A stretch of 31,702 nt of DNA, taken from IMG/VR virus record IMGVR_UViG_3300033415_000074, positions 1 through 31,702 of that record; one strand, given 5' to 3'. This stretch comes from a virus. Its lineage: Duplodnaviria > Caudoviricetes. This document shows, one piece after another, positions 18,442 through 27,187 of the stretch (positions are counted from its first letter, which is position 1; every line of letters starts with the position of its first letter). Below the pieces are notes generated by a model, which was not told the origin of the DNA, made no database searches, and saw only the letters and a list, made by a program, of their open reading frames with translations. The translations under genes and the position numbers were made by a program.

Positions 18442-18815
18442 AGAGTAGTTACCCCCTTCCATACATCATTGACTATCTTATCAAATATTGGTTGAAGCGC
18501 CGGGTTAATGTAGTCTATCCCCTGCACGTATCCACCATTGCGAGTCACGTGTCCATATTGTAGAATAATGGCAATTGGAACACCGTCGACACGATTTGAG
18601 TTCATCCAGGAAATCTCTACCCCACCACGAGTATCTTTAATTGTATAAGACCAAGAATTTGCTGTTTCTCCGCTATCTCTAGGCGTCGCCAATGAGAGGG
18701 CGGTCACTCCTTCTTGACCATACTTCTCCAACATTGCACGGTAATTGATTCCAATGACGCCAAAAAGAAAGCGATTGGTTTTCTTAAAACTACCTTTATG
18801 AGTAAACGTAATCAT
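18438..18815 (-). CDS. Neck/tail-completion protein (HK97 gp10-like)
   Basis: TPRDSGETANSW and LQYGHVTRNGGYVQG..YINPAL motifs. Confidence 0.65.
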   Translation of the reverse strand: MITFTHKGSFKKTNRFLFGVIGINYRAMLEKYGQEGVTALSLATPRDSGETANSWSYTIKDTRGGVEISWMNSNRVDGVPIAIILQYGHVTRNGGYVQGIDYINPALQPIFDKIVNDVWKGVTTL

Positions 18816-18818
18816 ATC

Positions 18819-19358
18819 TCACCCCTCGCTCTGCATTGCCTGCTTTCGGGCCGCATTTAGAGAAGAATTACGACGCGCAAGGTCTCTCTTGTTCATCTTC
18901 TTCTGTGGAGTATTCTTTATGTTGCACACATTAATCAATGTAAGTAGTCTATTGAGATGCCACTTTTGACACTCAAATGGAATATTTAAAGCGATCATCC
19001 AATAATATATAATTTCAGAAGTGACAACCTCTCGATTTACCAACTTCTTTTCATTGCTAAAAGTTGTTGCCGTCATCTCTTCATTAATATAATCTCTAAC
19101 TTGTTGGACGTTTTCATTTGTAGCGAATTCATAAGATTTATCATCATTGGTCTGAGTAATTGTCATGCATCTAATATAATCTATAGTCTCCGCAACTGTC
19201 TTGTCGTTCTTGGACAGGAACGGTTTTCGCCATCTTGACTCCCATTTTGAAATGGAAACTAGAGAGTGCTCCAATTGCAAGGATCGCGCTCGCGAGATGA
19301 CAAACTCATTCTTGTCCTCATCATATTGCTCTACCGCGGGAATCACAATAGTAAGCAT
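18819..19358 (-). CDS. Tail assembly chaperone-like protein 2
   Basis: Start revised to ATG 19358 (GGAGG RBS at 19368-19372); lies between the first chaperone and the neck/tape measure genes; LEHSLVSISKWE and WHLNRLLTLI motifs. Confidence 0.65.
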   Translation of the reverse strand: MLTIVIPAVEQYDEDKNEFVISRARSLQLEHSLVSISKWESRWRKPFLSKNDKTVAETIDYIRCMTITQTNDDKSYEFATNENVQQVRDYINEEMTATTFSNEKKLVNREVVTSEIIYYWMIALNIPFECQKWHLNRLLTLINVCNIKNTPQKKMNKRDLARRNSSLNAARKQAMQSEG

Positions 19359-19374
19359 TCTCTGGTTCCTCCAT

Positions 19375-19743
19375 TCACGTGGGTAATACTGTAGGAATGA
19401 TACCATTAACAAAGGCAGTTGCGGATTCTGAGCCAGATGCCAATTCAAGAAACAAATCGCTATATGCGTTTGTTTGTGAAAAACCATCACGAAGTTCCTG
19501 GTTCTTGATAAATCGTTTCCCATCAGGAGACTTTTCGCCATAGGACCTAAGTATCAGGTCCTTGAAGAGTTCACTGATTGCTTTGATATCTACTGTTGAA
19601 ACGATCTTTTCAAGAAGTTGAGTCAACCCGCCAGGAGTAGACAGTTCCATTTCTGCAATTTCGGCCCTTGTTAGGTTAAAATAAAAATCCTCAGTCCTTG
19701 TGTTACCATTAAAATCCTCGTATGTGATCGTCTTTTTCAACAT
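19375..19743 (-). CDS. Tail assembly chaperone
   Basis: Start revised to ATG 19743 (AAAGGAG RBS); small protein directly after the major tail gene. Confidence 0.7.
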   Translation of the reverse strand: MLKKTITYEDFNGNTRTEDFYFNLTRAEIAEMELSTPGGLTQLLEKIVSTVDIKAISELFKDLILRSYGEKSPDGKRFIKNQELRDGFSQTNAYSDLFLELASGSESATAFVNGIIPTVLPT

Positions 19744-19770
19744 AATGGCAATGACTCCTTTCAAAAGTGT

Positions 19771-19803
19771 AAAAAAAGAGCCCCCGTATTTCAGAGGGCT
19801 CTT
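19771..19803 (-). terminator. Rho-independent terminator after the major tail gene
   Basis: Minus-strand hairpin AGAGCCCTCTG-AAATA-CGGGGGCTCT followed by a T run. Confidence 0.85.
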
Positions 19804-19817
19804 CTACTTTAGATGAC

Positions 19818-20777
19818 TTACGCGATGGTTGTGAAGTTCTTGATGGTGGCCGTGAGTGCCTGCCCATAGATGTCTGACATGCCGCCAATGGCGACAATGT
19901 AGGTCTCGGAATTGGTGAGGTCGACGGTGGGATTGAAGGTAAGGATCTTTCCGGTAGCGTCCCAGGTCTTCGCGCCAGCAACAACCGTTCCCGAGTCTGT
20001 CGTGACAACAACCGCTTCGTTGACGATCTGGTTATTGAACGTCATCACGATGTTGGCGTTGACCGCAACATCCACCGCGTCATCAGCAGGAACGATGGTG
20101 GACAGGGCAAGAGCAGACGGAGCCGCGCCAGCGAACAGTGTTGCAATTTCATCGGGAAGAGGAAGACGAGGGTCAACACCAACTTCACCGAAGAGAATAT
20201 CTTCGAGTGTAGCAAGCGTTGTCGCATCGGCCTTTGTGGAGTCAACAACAACAGATGCCGTGGGCTTCTTGTCTGTGACGGTAACCGGAGTGGTGGAAAC
20301 TTCCCAGGAGAAAGTGATTGCTTCCGGGGAATCATTGATCGTCTGGTATCCTTTTTCGGATGGAGCCGCTAAGGAGCCATAGATCAGGTGGAGCTTGTAG
20401 CCATGGTCCGCGCCATCCACATCGTTACCGAGGGAGGTCTTGTAGACCAGACCGAACTGTCTGCGAGCCTGCTGTCCGATGGATACACCGATCGCAAGGT
20501 CATCCGAGCCATCGCATATGCCGAATTCATCAGGATATGTGTAGGCTTCGATGGTTGCGCCGAATTCCTCGGCAGAGATAAGATTGAGGTACTTGGTATC
20601 ATCCGCATATAGCGGTGTCGCTTCGGCGCCTGAAGGGCTTTCCGTTACGCTAATAAGGCCGTTCCACACAACACCGAGAGGATATGCGCCGTTGGTGTCC
20701 TGTACATACAGAACGCCATTCTTGACGCCAGTTTCGAAGTGACGAGCGCCTGCCTGGTCCCAAAGAAGTTTAGACAT
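19818..20777 (-). CDS. Major tail tube protein with a C-terminal Ig-like (Big_5-type) domain
   Basis: AAGGAGG RBS; WNGL..VTESPSG..LYADD, GYKLHLIYG..AAPSE, FSWE motifs; C-terminal PADDAVDVAVNANIVMTFN Ig-like domain. Confidence 0.9.
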   Translation of the reverse strand: MSKLLWDQAGARHFETGVKNGVLYVQDTNGAYPLGVVWNGLISVTESPSGAEATPLYADDTKYLNLISAEEFGATIEAYTYPDEFGICDGSDDLAIGVSIGQQARRQFGLVYKTSLGNDVDGADHGYKLHLIYGSLAAPSEKGYQTINDSPEAITFSWEVSTTPVTVTDKKPTASVVVDSTKADATTLATLEDILFGEVGVDPRLPLPDEIATLFAGAAPSALALSTIVPADDAVDVAVNANIVMTFNNQIVNEAVVVTTDSGTVVAGAKTWDATGKILTFNPTVDLTNSETYIVAIGGMSDIYGQALTATIKNFTTIA

Positions 20778-20790
20778 AGGTATTTCCTCC

Positions 20791-21114
20791 TTAATAATAT
20801 AAATTGTACACGTCGTGATTCAAACCATCTACCGCAAAGTGGGTAGAAAAAGAACAATATGGTAAATCTAACACCTTGTCGGGTATTAGGGAATCTGGAT
20901 TTTTATCAACAACTGTGATTGAGTATTGTTTCATATCCAAATATATGCGATCGTTTGAAAATAAATCCTTTCGATCAGAACGCTTATAGATGATACAAGG
21001 ATACTCCATCCTAATTGAAGAAGGTGGTTGAAAATATACACGGGATACAGCATTACCTCCTGTCCCGAGAATACCGATTAGAATAGCGTGTAAGTCGAGT
21101 CTACTACCCGCCAT
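20791..21114 (-). CDS. Tail terminator / tail completion protein
   Basis: Start revised to ATG 21114 (GGAGG RBS); VYFQPP..MEYPCIIY motif; immediately upstream of the major tail gene. Confidence 0.75.
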   Translation of the reverse strand: MAGSRLDLHAILIGILGTGGNAVSRVYFQPPSSIRMEYPCIIYKRSDRKDLFSNDRIYLDMKQYSITVVDKNPDSLIPDKVLDLPYCSFSTHFAVDGLNHDVYNLYY

Positions 21115-21421
21115 TATAAAGCCCTCCAATCTGTAAAACGATTCGAGGTCGATTAATAGCAAGCGATTTGATACTCCACTTTTGCCCGTGCAATATGACG
21201 TATTTTATAAATCCAGAGTTTGCATAGGCATAGGGGTCTGCGATAACCGAGATAGAGTTATCGAGGTTGAGATTGTTATTAGCGTTCTCGGTCTTCTCCC
21301 ATCTCTGTTGAGATAGAAGAATATCACCTCGATAACTCTTCTCGACTATTTGATTTTCCCAGACCCCTGGGGTAGTCTCGCTCTGGAGGGCATAACCTAT
21401 CATACCAGAAAATTTAGCCAT
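21104..21421 (-). CDS. Head closure / head-tail adaptor
   Basis: 105 aa, beta-rich, between the capsid and tail terminator genes; GGAGGT RBS. Confidence 0.7.
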   Translation of the reverse strand: MAKFSGMIGYALQSETTPGVWENQIVEKSYRGDILLSQQRWEKTENANNNLNLDNSISVIADPYAYANSGFIKYVILHGQKWSIKSLAINRPRIVLQIGGLYNGG

Positions 21422-21462
21422 AATAGGCTACCTCCTTCCATTTTGAATTTGTTGATCAAGAT

Positions 21463-23343
21463 TTAGAGAGGCGCAATCGCTTCAGTCTTCCAGTAAGCGA
21501 TAGCAGAGTGAGGCATAGTCAATGCACCAGAGCAACGAGTCTCAATCAGGTATTTGTACTGATTGAAGTCGATGTCGAAGTCGTCGAACATGGCAACCGC
21601 GCCGCCCTTGTCCGCGCCAAGAGAGTAGTCGCTCATGTTGACAGAGACGCCGATGAGGCGCTTCTGGCTACCAGCAACACCGAGTGCCGCAGGAAGAGTG
21701 ACAACAACCTTGTTCTCCATGACCGGAACTTCAACGATCTCGCGGGCACGGATGCCAGCGGCCAGATCAGCTTCGGTATTGTACAGTCTCCGGCCAGTGC
21801 TGTCCTTCAGAAGGAGCATGTCGCCGTTAACATCAGGAGTTGTGAAGAACGTCGGAGTACCTGTGCCCTGATAGTCCTTACGACCAAGGATGATGGCATC
21901 GATCATCTGAGCAACAGTGACGGACTCAGCCATCACAACTGGAACAGTGTAAACAGCATCGTCAGTGGCGATCGGACGGATTTTGTCTTCCTTGATCTTG
22001 TCGTCGGACATGGAGCTGCGGCCATCACCAACAAGCTGAGCCCGAGCAATTTCCTCTTCGAGCATCATGCGCATTTCAGCACGCAGCCAGACAACAACGT
22101 CGAAGTCTGTGATGTCGATGACGTCATCGCGGTCAAGCTTCTGCTTTTTGTACACGGTCTGAGGATCGGTCGTGCGTTTCAGAAGAGTGATGACCTCATC
22201 AACCTTCTCGTTGCCCTTCACATAACCTCTGGCGCGAGCTTCGTCGGCAGTGATGTCGGCCATGATGGTCTTGATGCGGCTAAAGGGGATGTGCTTGGCT
22301 CCGCCGAAGACTTTGGAGACCCACTCGGTCTTGCGCTTGATGAACTCGGGAGTGGCGCTGGAAGAGCGAGCATCCGGGAAGAGATATTCAACGTTTTCTG
22401 CGATGCCATAGGTATTGACATGCGCAAGAACGTCTTGACGATTCTCATAGACGGCCAGAGCATCGGGGATCGACGCAAAGCCATGAGCGAGGAAGGCGTT
22501 CTTGAGGGTCGACTGAGACTGCCGAGCATCATTAAAGATTGCACGGAGTTCATCACGGGTCAGAGCGTCATGCTTCAAAACGTCCCCTTCGGCGGCTGCA
22601 GCAGTTTTGTCGAAAATGTTTTTCTTCATTTTAGCTTCTCCTTTTTGTTTATTCGAGTGTTCAAATTCGTCTTCCTCTTCGGAAGTTTCGCCGTGTTCGG
22701 CAGTTTCATCACTGGAAGATTCTTCTAGGGCATGTGCGATCATCGCATAGACCACGGTTTTCTGTTTCTCAGAGAGGGATTCAAAAATATCGCCGACAGT
22801 TTCTTGCTCGGCATCTGCATGGATCACGTCTTCTTCCTCCTCTTCTTCTTCTTCAATATTGAGAGCATCATGCGACAGGACACCTGCGCAGATGATTGCC
22901 TCCGTTTCGTCCGTAGAGATACTACCGTCGCCATGCTCAAAAGCAAGATTGTCGATGTACGCCTCAGGATTGGCACCAGCAATAACGATTGACACTTCAC
23001 GGATGACTCCATGAATAACGTTCTTTGCCTTCTCAACCAAAGAATTGGCGTAGATGCTAAGCGCTGAAATATCACCATGCTGGATAAGTGCTTTCGCCGT
23101 CTTACCAGACTCAGTATCGTTCAGTGAGCAATATGCATACACACCATCTTTACGATTCTCCAGAATTGCGTGACCAAGGATGTTTTTGGGATCGTTGTGC
23201 ATGTGTTGATAGACCAACGGAACTGTCTTGCCATCAGCATCCGCAAACGCATCCTGAAGAATGGTGCGACCGTCCGAGCATTTCAGACCGACCTTAGTAG
23301 CATAACCACTAAAATCAAACTTTTTTTTGCTAGTCTTGGACAT
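21463..23343 (-). CDS. Fused prohead protease - acidic scaffold/linker - HK97-fold major capsid protein (626 aa)
   Basis: Start revised to ATG 23343 (AAGGAGG RBS); HK97-type protease motifs FSGYAT, VPLVYQH, LSI, EVSIV..GANP; poly-Glu linker; capsid motifs EEEIARAQLVGDG and FDDFDIDFNQYKYLIETRCSGAL. Confidence 0.92.
   Translation of the reverse strand: MSKTSKKKFDFSGYATKVGLKCSDGRTILQDAFADADGKTVPLVYQHMHNDPKNILGHAILENRKDGVYAYCSLNDTESGKTAKALIQHGDISALSIYANSLVEKAKNVIHGVIREVSIVIAGANPEAYIDNLAFEHGDGSISTDETEAIICAGVLSHDALNIEEEEEEEEDVIHADAEQETVGDIFESLSEKQKTVVYAMIAHALEESSSDETAEHGETSEEEDEFEHSNKQKGEAKMKKNIFDKTAAAAEGDVLKHDALTRDELRAIFNDARQSQSTLKNAFLAHGFASIPDALAVYENRQDVLAHVNTYGIAENVEYLFPDARSSSATPEFIKRKTEWVSKVFGGAKHIPFSRIKTIMADITADEARARGYVKGNEKVDEVITLLKRTTDPQTVYKKQKLDRDDVIDITDFDVVVWLRAEMRMMLEEEIARAQLVGDGRSSMSDDKIKEDKIRPIATDDAVYTVPVVMAESVTVAQMIDAIILGRKDYQGTGTPTFFTTPDVNGDMLLLKDSTGRRLYNTEADLAAGIRAREIVEVPVMENKVVVTLPAALGVAGSQKRLIGVSVNMSDYSLGADKGGAVAMFDDFDIDFNQYKYLIETRCSGALTMPHSAIAYWKTEAIAPL
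22627..22645 (-). promoter_or_regulatory. Internal RBS plus in-frame ATG for a stand-alone capsid protein (388 aa)
   Basis: AAAAGGAGAAGCTAAA-ATG AAG AAA at the end of the acidic linker. Confidence 0.65.
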
Positions 23344-24589
23344 TGTTACTTCCTCCTTTACTATTCTTAGAGAGACCATTAGTAGCTGGTGTAGTTGCAG
23401 TGGGCATATTTCTATTTTGAAGCTCACTCGCGTGAGGTGCTTCTGAAGGTTTACGTCCAACAATCTGACGCAGTTCATTAGGAGTTAGGATCTCATTACG
23501 ACTAAATATGTCGGCAATTGTTCCAATCTCGGTGGCCGGAATCAACCTAAACACATCGCGGAATCCCATGATTGTCTGCCCTTGAGATCTTGCTGTTTTT
23601 GTCAAGAACTTCCGGAGCATCTCCTCAACGATAACCGTTACGATAGGTTCGATTGTCCGATCATAGTAGTTTTTCAAGATTGGTTCGGTTGCTTTTCCAT
23701 TAAAGATGTCGTCCGTAAAACCTAACTGATTGTAGAACTGCGTGGTAAGATACTGGACTTGAGCGAGTAGATTGCTTTCGACAGGCCTATTAAGTTGCGT
23801 TATGTGCTCGGTAGAGTCAACATAAGCAACTCCATAAGTACTCCCTTTAAGTTGACTCTCGATAGCTTTCAAGCGTTCTTCGGCTTGAAGTTGTCGAGCT
23901 TCAGACTTAATGGTGTACGGAAGCTGGATGATTAGATCGAGTTTTCCAGAACTCGCCACTTCGTCTACACTATCCAAAAGACTCAACTTTCTAACAAGTC
24001 TTTTGAGTGTAGAGTTTGGCTCGTTCATAACTGCATACAATGGATTCTCGATGATAGCAACTAGGTTCTTAGGCATTAGTATCCGTTCTTTTCGCCCTGT
24101 TCGATCATTATAAACTTCGATCCGAACATAATTGGGATACCATTCCACAATCTTACCAGTACGGAGAGAGAATATGTTGTACGAACCGCTTAAGATTGGA
24201 TTAATGCTTGTCTCGACTGGAACAACCGCTACAGAACCTTCGTCGAACATGCTCATTACAATGTCTTGAATTAGTACTCGCCCAGTCTGGTCCTTGTTGG
24301 CCTCAACACGAAGACATTGGTTTAAAGGACCATCAATACTTTCAAGATACTGACCATTTTCGTCGATCCGAACATGTTCAATATTAAAACTTGCTACATC
24401 TAGTGCGATTCGGTTGGTAATAGTAGTTAATATAGATCGTTCATTGTGAGGAGAAAGCTTAACCCGGGCGGGATTCTGTGTTGAATTTGAATATCCCATA
24501 TCCTTGTGAATATACAAGTCAGAGTCTGTCTCGTCGCGCGCTTGAAAGGCATTCCAAGCATGCGCAATTCTTTTACCAATTGAACTCAA
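23330..24589 (-). CDS. Portal protein (HK97-like)
   Basis: 419 aa, TTG start; RIALDVAS, KLDLIIQLPY, YYDRTIEPIV, EILTPNELRQIVG motifs; upstream of protease/capsid. Confidence 0.92.
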   Translation of the reverse strand: MSSIGKRIAHAWNAFQARDETDSDLYIHKDMGYSNSTQNPARVKLSPHNERSILTTITNRIALDVASFNIEHVRIDENGQYLESIDGPLNQCLRVEANKDQTGRVLIQDIVMSMFDEGSVAVVPVETSINPILSGSYNIFSLRTGKIVEWYPNYVRIEVYNDRTGRKERILMPKNLVAIIENPLYAVMNEPNSTLKRLVRKLSLLDSVDEVASSGKLDLIIQLPYTIKSEARQLQAEERLKAIESQLKGSTYGVAYVDSTEHITQLNRPVESNLLAQVQYLTTQFYNQLGFTDDIFNGKATEPILKNYYDRTIEPIVTVIVEEMLRKFLTKTARSQGQTIMGFRDVFRLIPATEIGTIADIFSRNEILTPNELRQIVGRKPSEAPHASELQNRNMPTATTPATNGLSKNSKGGSNNVQD

Positions 24590-25266
24590 CGTTTATCACC
24601 ACCCTTCGTAAGATTCTCCTGCCCTTTTGTAGTTCGAGGAGCCATGCCCTCTTCTTCAATACGTTTCTTCTTTACAAAAGATAATGATTTGGATCCGCTA
24701 AAGATTATTATTGGCATGTCAGAAACCACATCCTTATCCGAACTATCAATAATCATATTGTACCCTTCTTTTGATAGTTTATTGAAATAGTGCTTCCGAA
24801 TCGGTTCTAATTTCTCGGAATACATTAAATCTATAAACTTATCATAAGTCTTTACAATACTTTTATCCTTTCCAGAAACAGCATTGGTAAGTTCTTTTTC
24901 GATGCCTTTCAACGTCGAAAATTTACTCATTGTTTTTAATGTCGCAGCTGCTTCCTTTACGGAAATATCTTTTACCGTTTCGATAAAGGCGTCTACTTGC
25001 CGTTTCTCGCTAGGAGAAACTAGGGTTTCCTTCAGTTTATACTGGAAATTGAATTTACCAGAACCAAGCATAAACTCGTACATTTCAACGTCTTCTTTTT
25101 TGAAAGCGGCATACTTCATCCCACCAATTCGTTCATCTCCAGAATCAGCAATCCGATTAATTGTAGAGTCTTTTTCGAGACGAACTCCAACAGAGGAAGC
25201 ATCGGTATATCTTGCTTTCCTACGCCCCCAATGCATACCAAGGATTCCATAGTGTGTAAGTTCCAT
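24586..25266 (-). CDS. HxG-GMxWG-tagged protein with a putative ART-like domain
   Basis: AAGGGAG RBS; N-terminus MELTHYGILGMHWGRRK; paralogous to 28952 and 30127. Confidence 0.8.
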   Translation of the reverse strand: MELTHYGILGMHWGRRKARYTDASSVGVRLEKDSTINRIADSGDERIGGMKYAAFKKEDVEMYEFMLGSGKFNFQYKLKETLVSPSEKRQVDAFIETVKDISVKEAAATLKTMSKFSTLKGIEKELTNAVSGKDKSIVKTYDKFIDLMYSEKLEPIRKHYFNKLSKEGYNMIIDSSDKDVVSDMPIIIFSGSKSLSFVKKKRIEEEGMAPRTTKGQENLTKGGDKR

Positions 25267-25296
25267 ATACTTCTCCCTTGCATGAATTTAGCGGCG

Positions 25297-26277
25297 TTAG
25301 AACGCAGCCCCAAGAGCAATTCGACGCCAATTAGCTTGAGAGATTGTGTTCCCGCCAAGAGCGGTGTACAAATATGTCGCATCGAGTAAGAATTTTGTGC
25401 CGGTAGCAACTGTACCATTTACTCCAGCTTTCAGTGTTGTGGCGGCCGCAGTCATTGCACCATTGGCCATTGTGTCAGCAATTGTGATGGCATTACCAAC
25501 AACACCAGCAGTGTCAGCGGTAAGAGCGACGTTAGTTCCTCCACCAACTGCTGCGCCAACACCCTGAGTGTCGCTCGCTGTGATGGCAGCGATGAGCGCA
25601 GTGGCTGTATTTACTGCTGTGCAGTTGGTTCCCGTTCCAAGTGTCACAGCCGCAAAGACATTAGTTCCTGCGGTGAACGTCTCGGTGGTGGGAATGGAGT
25701 TACCAGCAGTGCCGCCAACGAGCGCTGTGATTACACAAGCGTTTACTACGAACGCAGCAGCTGTTACGGCAGTAGCAGGATTGTTAATCCCATCTGTACC
25801 GTTAATAGCGGCAACGATATTGAGTTTCGCGCCAGCAAGATCGAGACCAACAGAGACTTCACCTTCTGCATTAGCGGTTCCCTCGGGGACGAAAGTATAG
25901 ATCTTGTCGCCGATCCACATTGTGTCCCCAGCCGTCGGTTGGGTGTCGACGGTCAGTGTGCCGGTCGCTTTTCCAGTCAATGCTGAAATATCAATGGCAA
26001 TGTTTGTCGGAGAGGTCTTAGTCTGTGCGGCATCCGCCAAGAATTCATAGACATCTGTTCCAGGAACGGCAGGATTATTGATTGTGAGCGTTTCACCATC
26101 AATAGAAACACCAGTGATAAGGAAAATATCAGTTGCCGCTACTGCATTCACGGGCGTTCCACTCTCACCAACAGCACCGATAATCTCGGCCATCTTATCG
26201 CCAAATTTGAAACTGGAATCGTGGACTCTTGACATACCATTCAGAATTCGAAGTTCTTTTGCGGTTAAAGCGTTCAT
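25297..26277 (-). CDS. Ala/Gly/Thr-rich virion structural protein (putative head decoration/fibre)
   Basis: AGGAGGT RBS; two internal repeats (ITALVGGTAGNSI / LTADTAGVVGNAI); C-terminal DATYLY...NWRRIAL motif resembling phage fibre/decoration proteins. Confidence 0.6.
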   Translation of the reverse strand: MNALTAKELRILNGMSRVHDSSFKFGDKMAEIIGAVGESGTPVNAVAATDIFLITGVSIDGETLTINNPAVPGTDVYEFLADAAQTKTSPTNIAIDISALTGKATGTLTVDTQPTAGDTMWIGDKIYTFVPEGTANAEGEVSVGLDLAGAKLNIVAAINGTDGINNPATAVTAAAFVVNACVITALVGGTAGNSIPTTETFTAGTNVFAAVTLGTGTNCTAVNTATALIAAITASDTQGVGAAVGGGTNVALTADTAGVVGNAITIADTMANGAMTAAATTLKAGVNGTVATGTKFLLDATYLYTALGGNTISQANWRRIALGAAF

Positions 26278-26295
26278 TGTAACCTCCTATTGATT

Positions 26296-26739
26296 TTATT
26301 TGGAATAGATTATTTCGGCAAAACTCGGAGATATCTTTTTAACTAATAACTTTGCGGCGCCTATAAAGACACTTGTAGCAACCGTGGTTGCAGCTGCTCC
26401 GGCCGCAACTTCAAGTGATTTTGATACAAAGGACTTAGCTTTTTTGATTTTTACTGTCGATAGGTTTTTATACGAATTTTCAAGTTGGAGACGTTCGTTT
26501 AACTTTTTAAGTTCGTCATTAGATAATCTCGATAAGCCTTTGGATTTATTTTCCCGACTTTTGATGTAATCTTCGGACTCGTCGCGTTTCTTTCCAAGAG
26601 TCGTTCGAGTTCCATCTTTTGTCTGATACCTACGACGTCCCCACTTCATTCCCATAATACCAAAATGCTTTAGGTCTTCACCCACGCCGTCTTCGTTATA
26701 CTGTTTAAGATCAGTTTGTTTGATAAGTTGATTGGCCAT
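26296..26739 (-). CDS. HxG-GMxWG-tagged small basic protein
   Basis: AAAGGAG RBS; EDLKHFGIMGMKWGRRRYQTKDGTRT; LSNDELKKLNERLQLE helix; C-terminal hydrophobic helix. Confidence 0.8.
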   Translation of the reverse strand: MANQLIKQTDLKQYNEDGVGEDLKHFGIMGMKWGRRRYQTKDGTRTTLGKKRDESEDYIKSRENKSKGLSRLSNDELKKLNERLQLENSYKNLSTVKIKKAKSFVSKSLEVAAGAAATTVATSVFIGAAKLLVKKISPSFAEIIYSK

Positions 26740-26795
26740 TAGGTTCTCCTTTCTTCGTTGTAACTACTCAAACACCTATCTTAGCCGTCCAACAA

Positions 26796-27164
26796 TTAAC
26801 CAAACTCTCTTATCATTTGTTTTGCCCATTCTGTTTTTAAAGAAGCTTGAACTGCTTGTTGTCCAACATAATACATCGATCTTTGTTTCGCATTATTTTT
26901 ATTTGCTATGATCGTTGCCACCCTAAGTGTTGCAATTGTTCCTAAAATAGCCGCAGCAGTCTCTTCCTTTATTCGTTTAGTGGCCTTAGTTTTTGATACT
27001 TCGGGCGAATATCCTTTTGCTAAATATTTAGATTCTAGTTTTATTCTGTGTTTACTTGTCGATGTACTCTTACGTCGACCCCACTTCATTCCCATAATAC
27101 CAAAATGCTTTAGATCTTCGCCCACGCCGTATTCGTTATTTTGTTTGATAAGTTGATTGGCCAT
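26796..27164 (-). CDS. HxG-GMxWG-tagged small basic protein
   Basis: AAAGGAGG RBS; EDLKHFGIMGMKWGRRK; its 5' end is a DNA-level duplicate of the 26296 gene start. Confidence 0.8.
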   Translation of the reverse strand: MANQLIKQNNEYGVGEDLKHFGIMGMKWGRRKSTSTSKHRIKLESKYLAKGYSPEVSKTKATKRIKEETAAAILGTIATLRVATIIANKNNAKQRSMYYVGQQAVQASLKTEWAKQMIREFG

Positions 27165-27187
27165 AGGTCCTCCTTTCTTTGCTGCAA

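Noticed and set aside
18819-19743. Programmed -1 frameshift joining the tail chaperones
   Set aside because: The downstream frame is open to 19541, but joining needs +1/-2, I saw no canonical X XXY YYZ site, and the second gene has its own GGAGG RBS and ATG.
21508-22728. 406-aa plus-strand ORF
   Set aside because: Antisense shadow of the strongly codon-biased capsid gene; no RBS or recognisable motifs.
22830-22856. (tct/tcc)n microsatellite-like run
   Set aside because: Encodes the poly-Glu linker of the capsid polyprotein; in frame and not a phase-variation tract.
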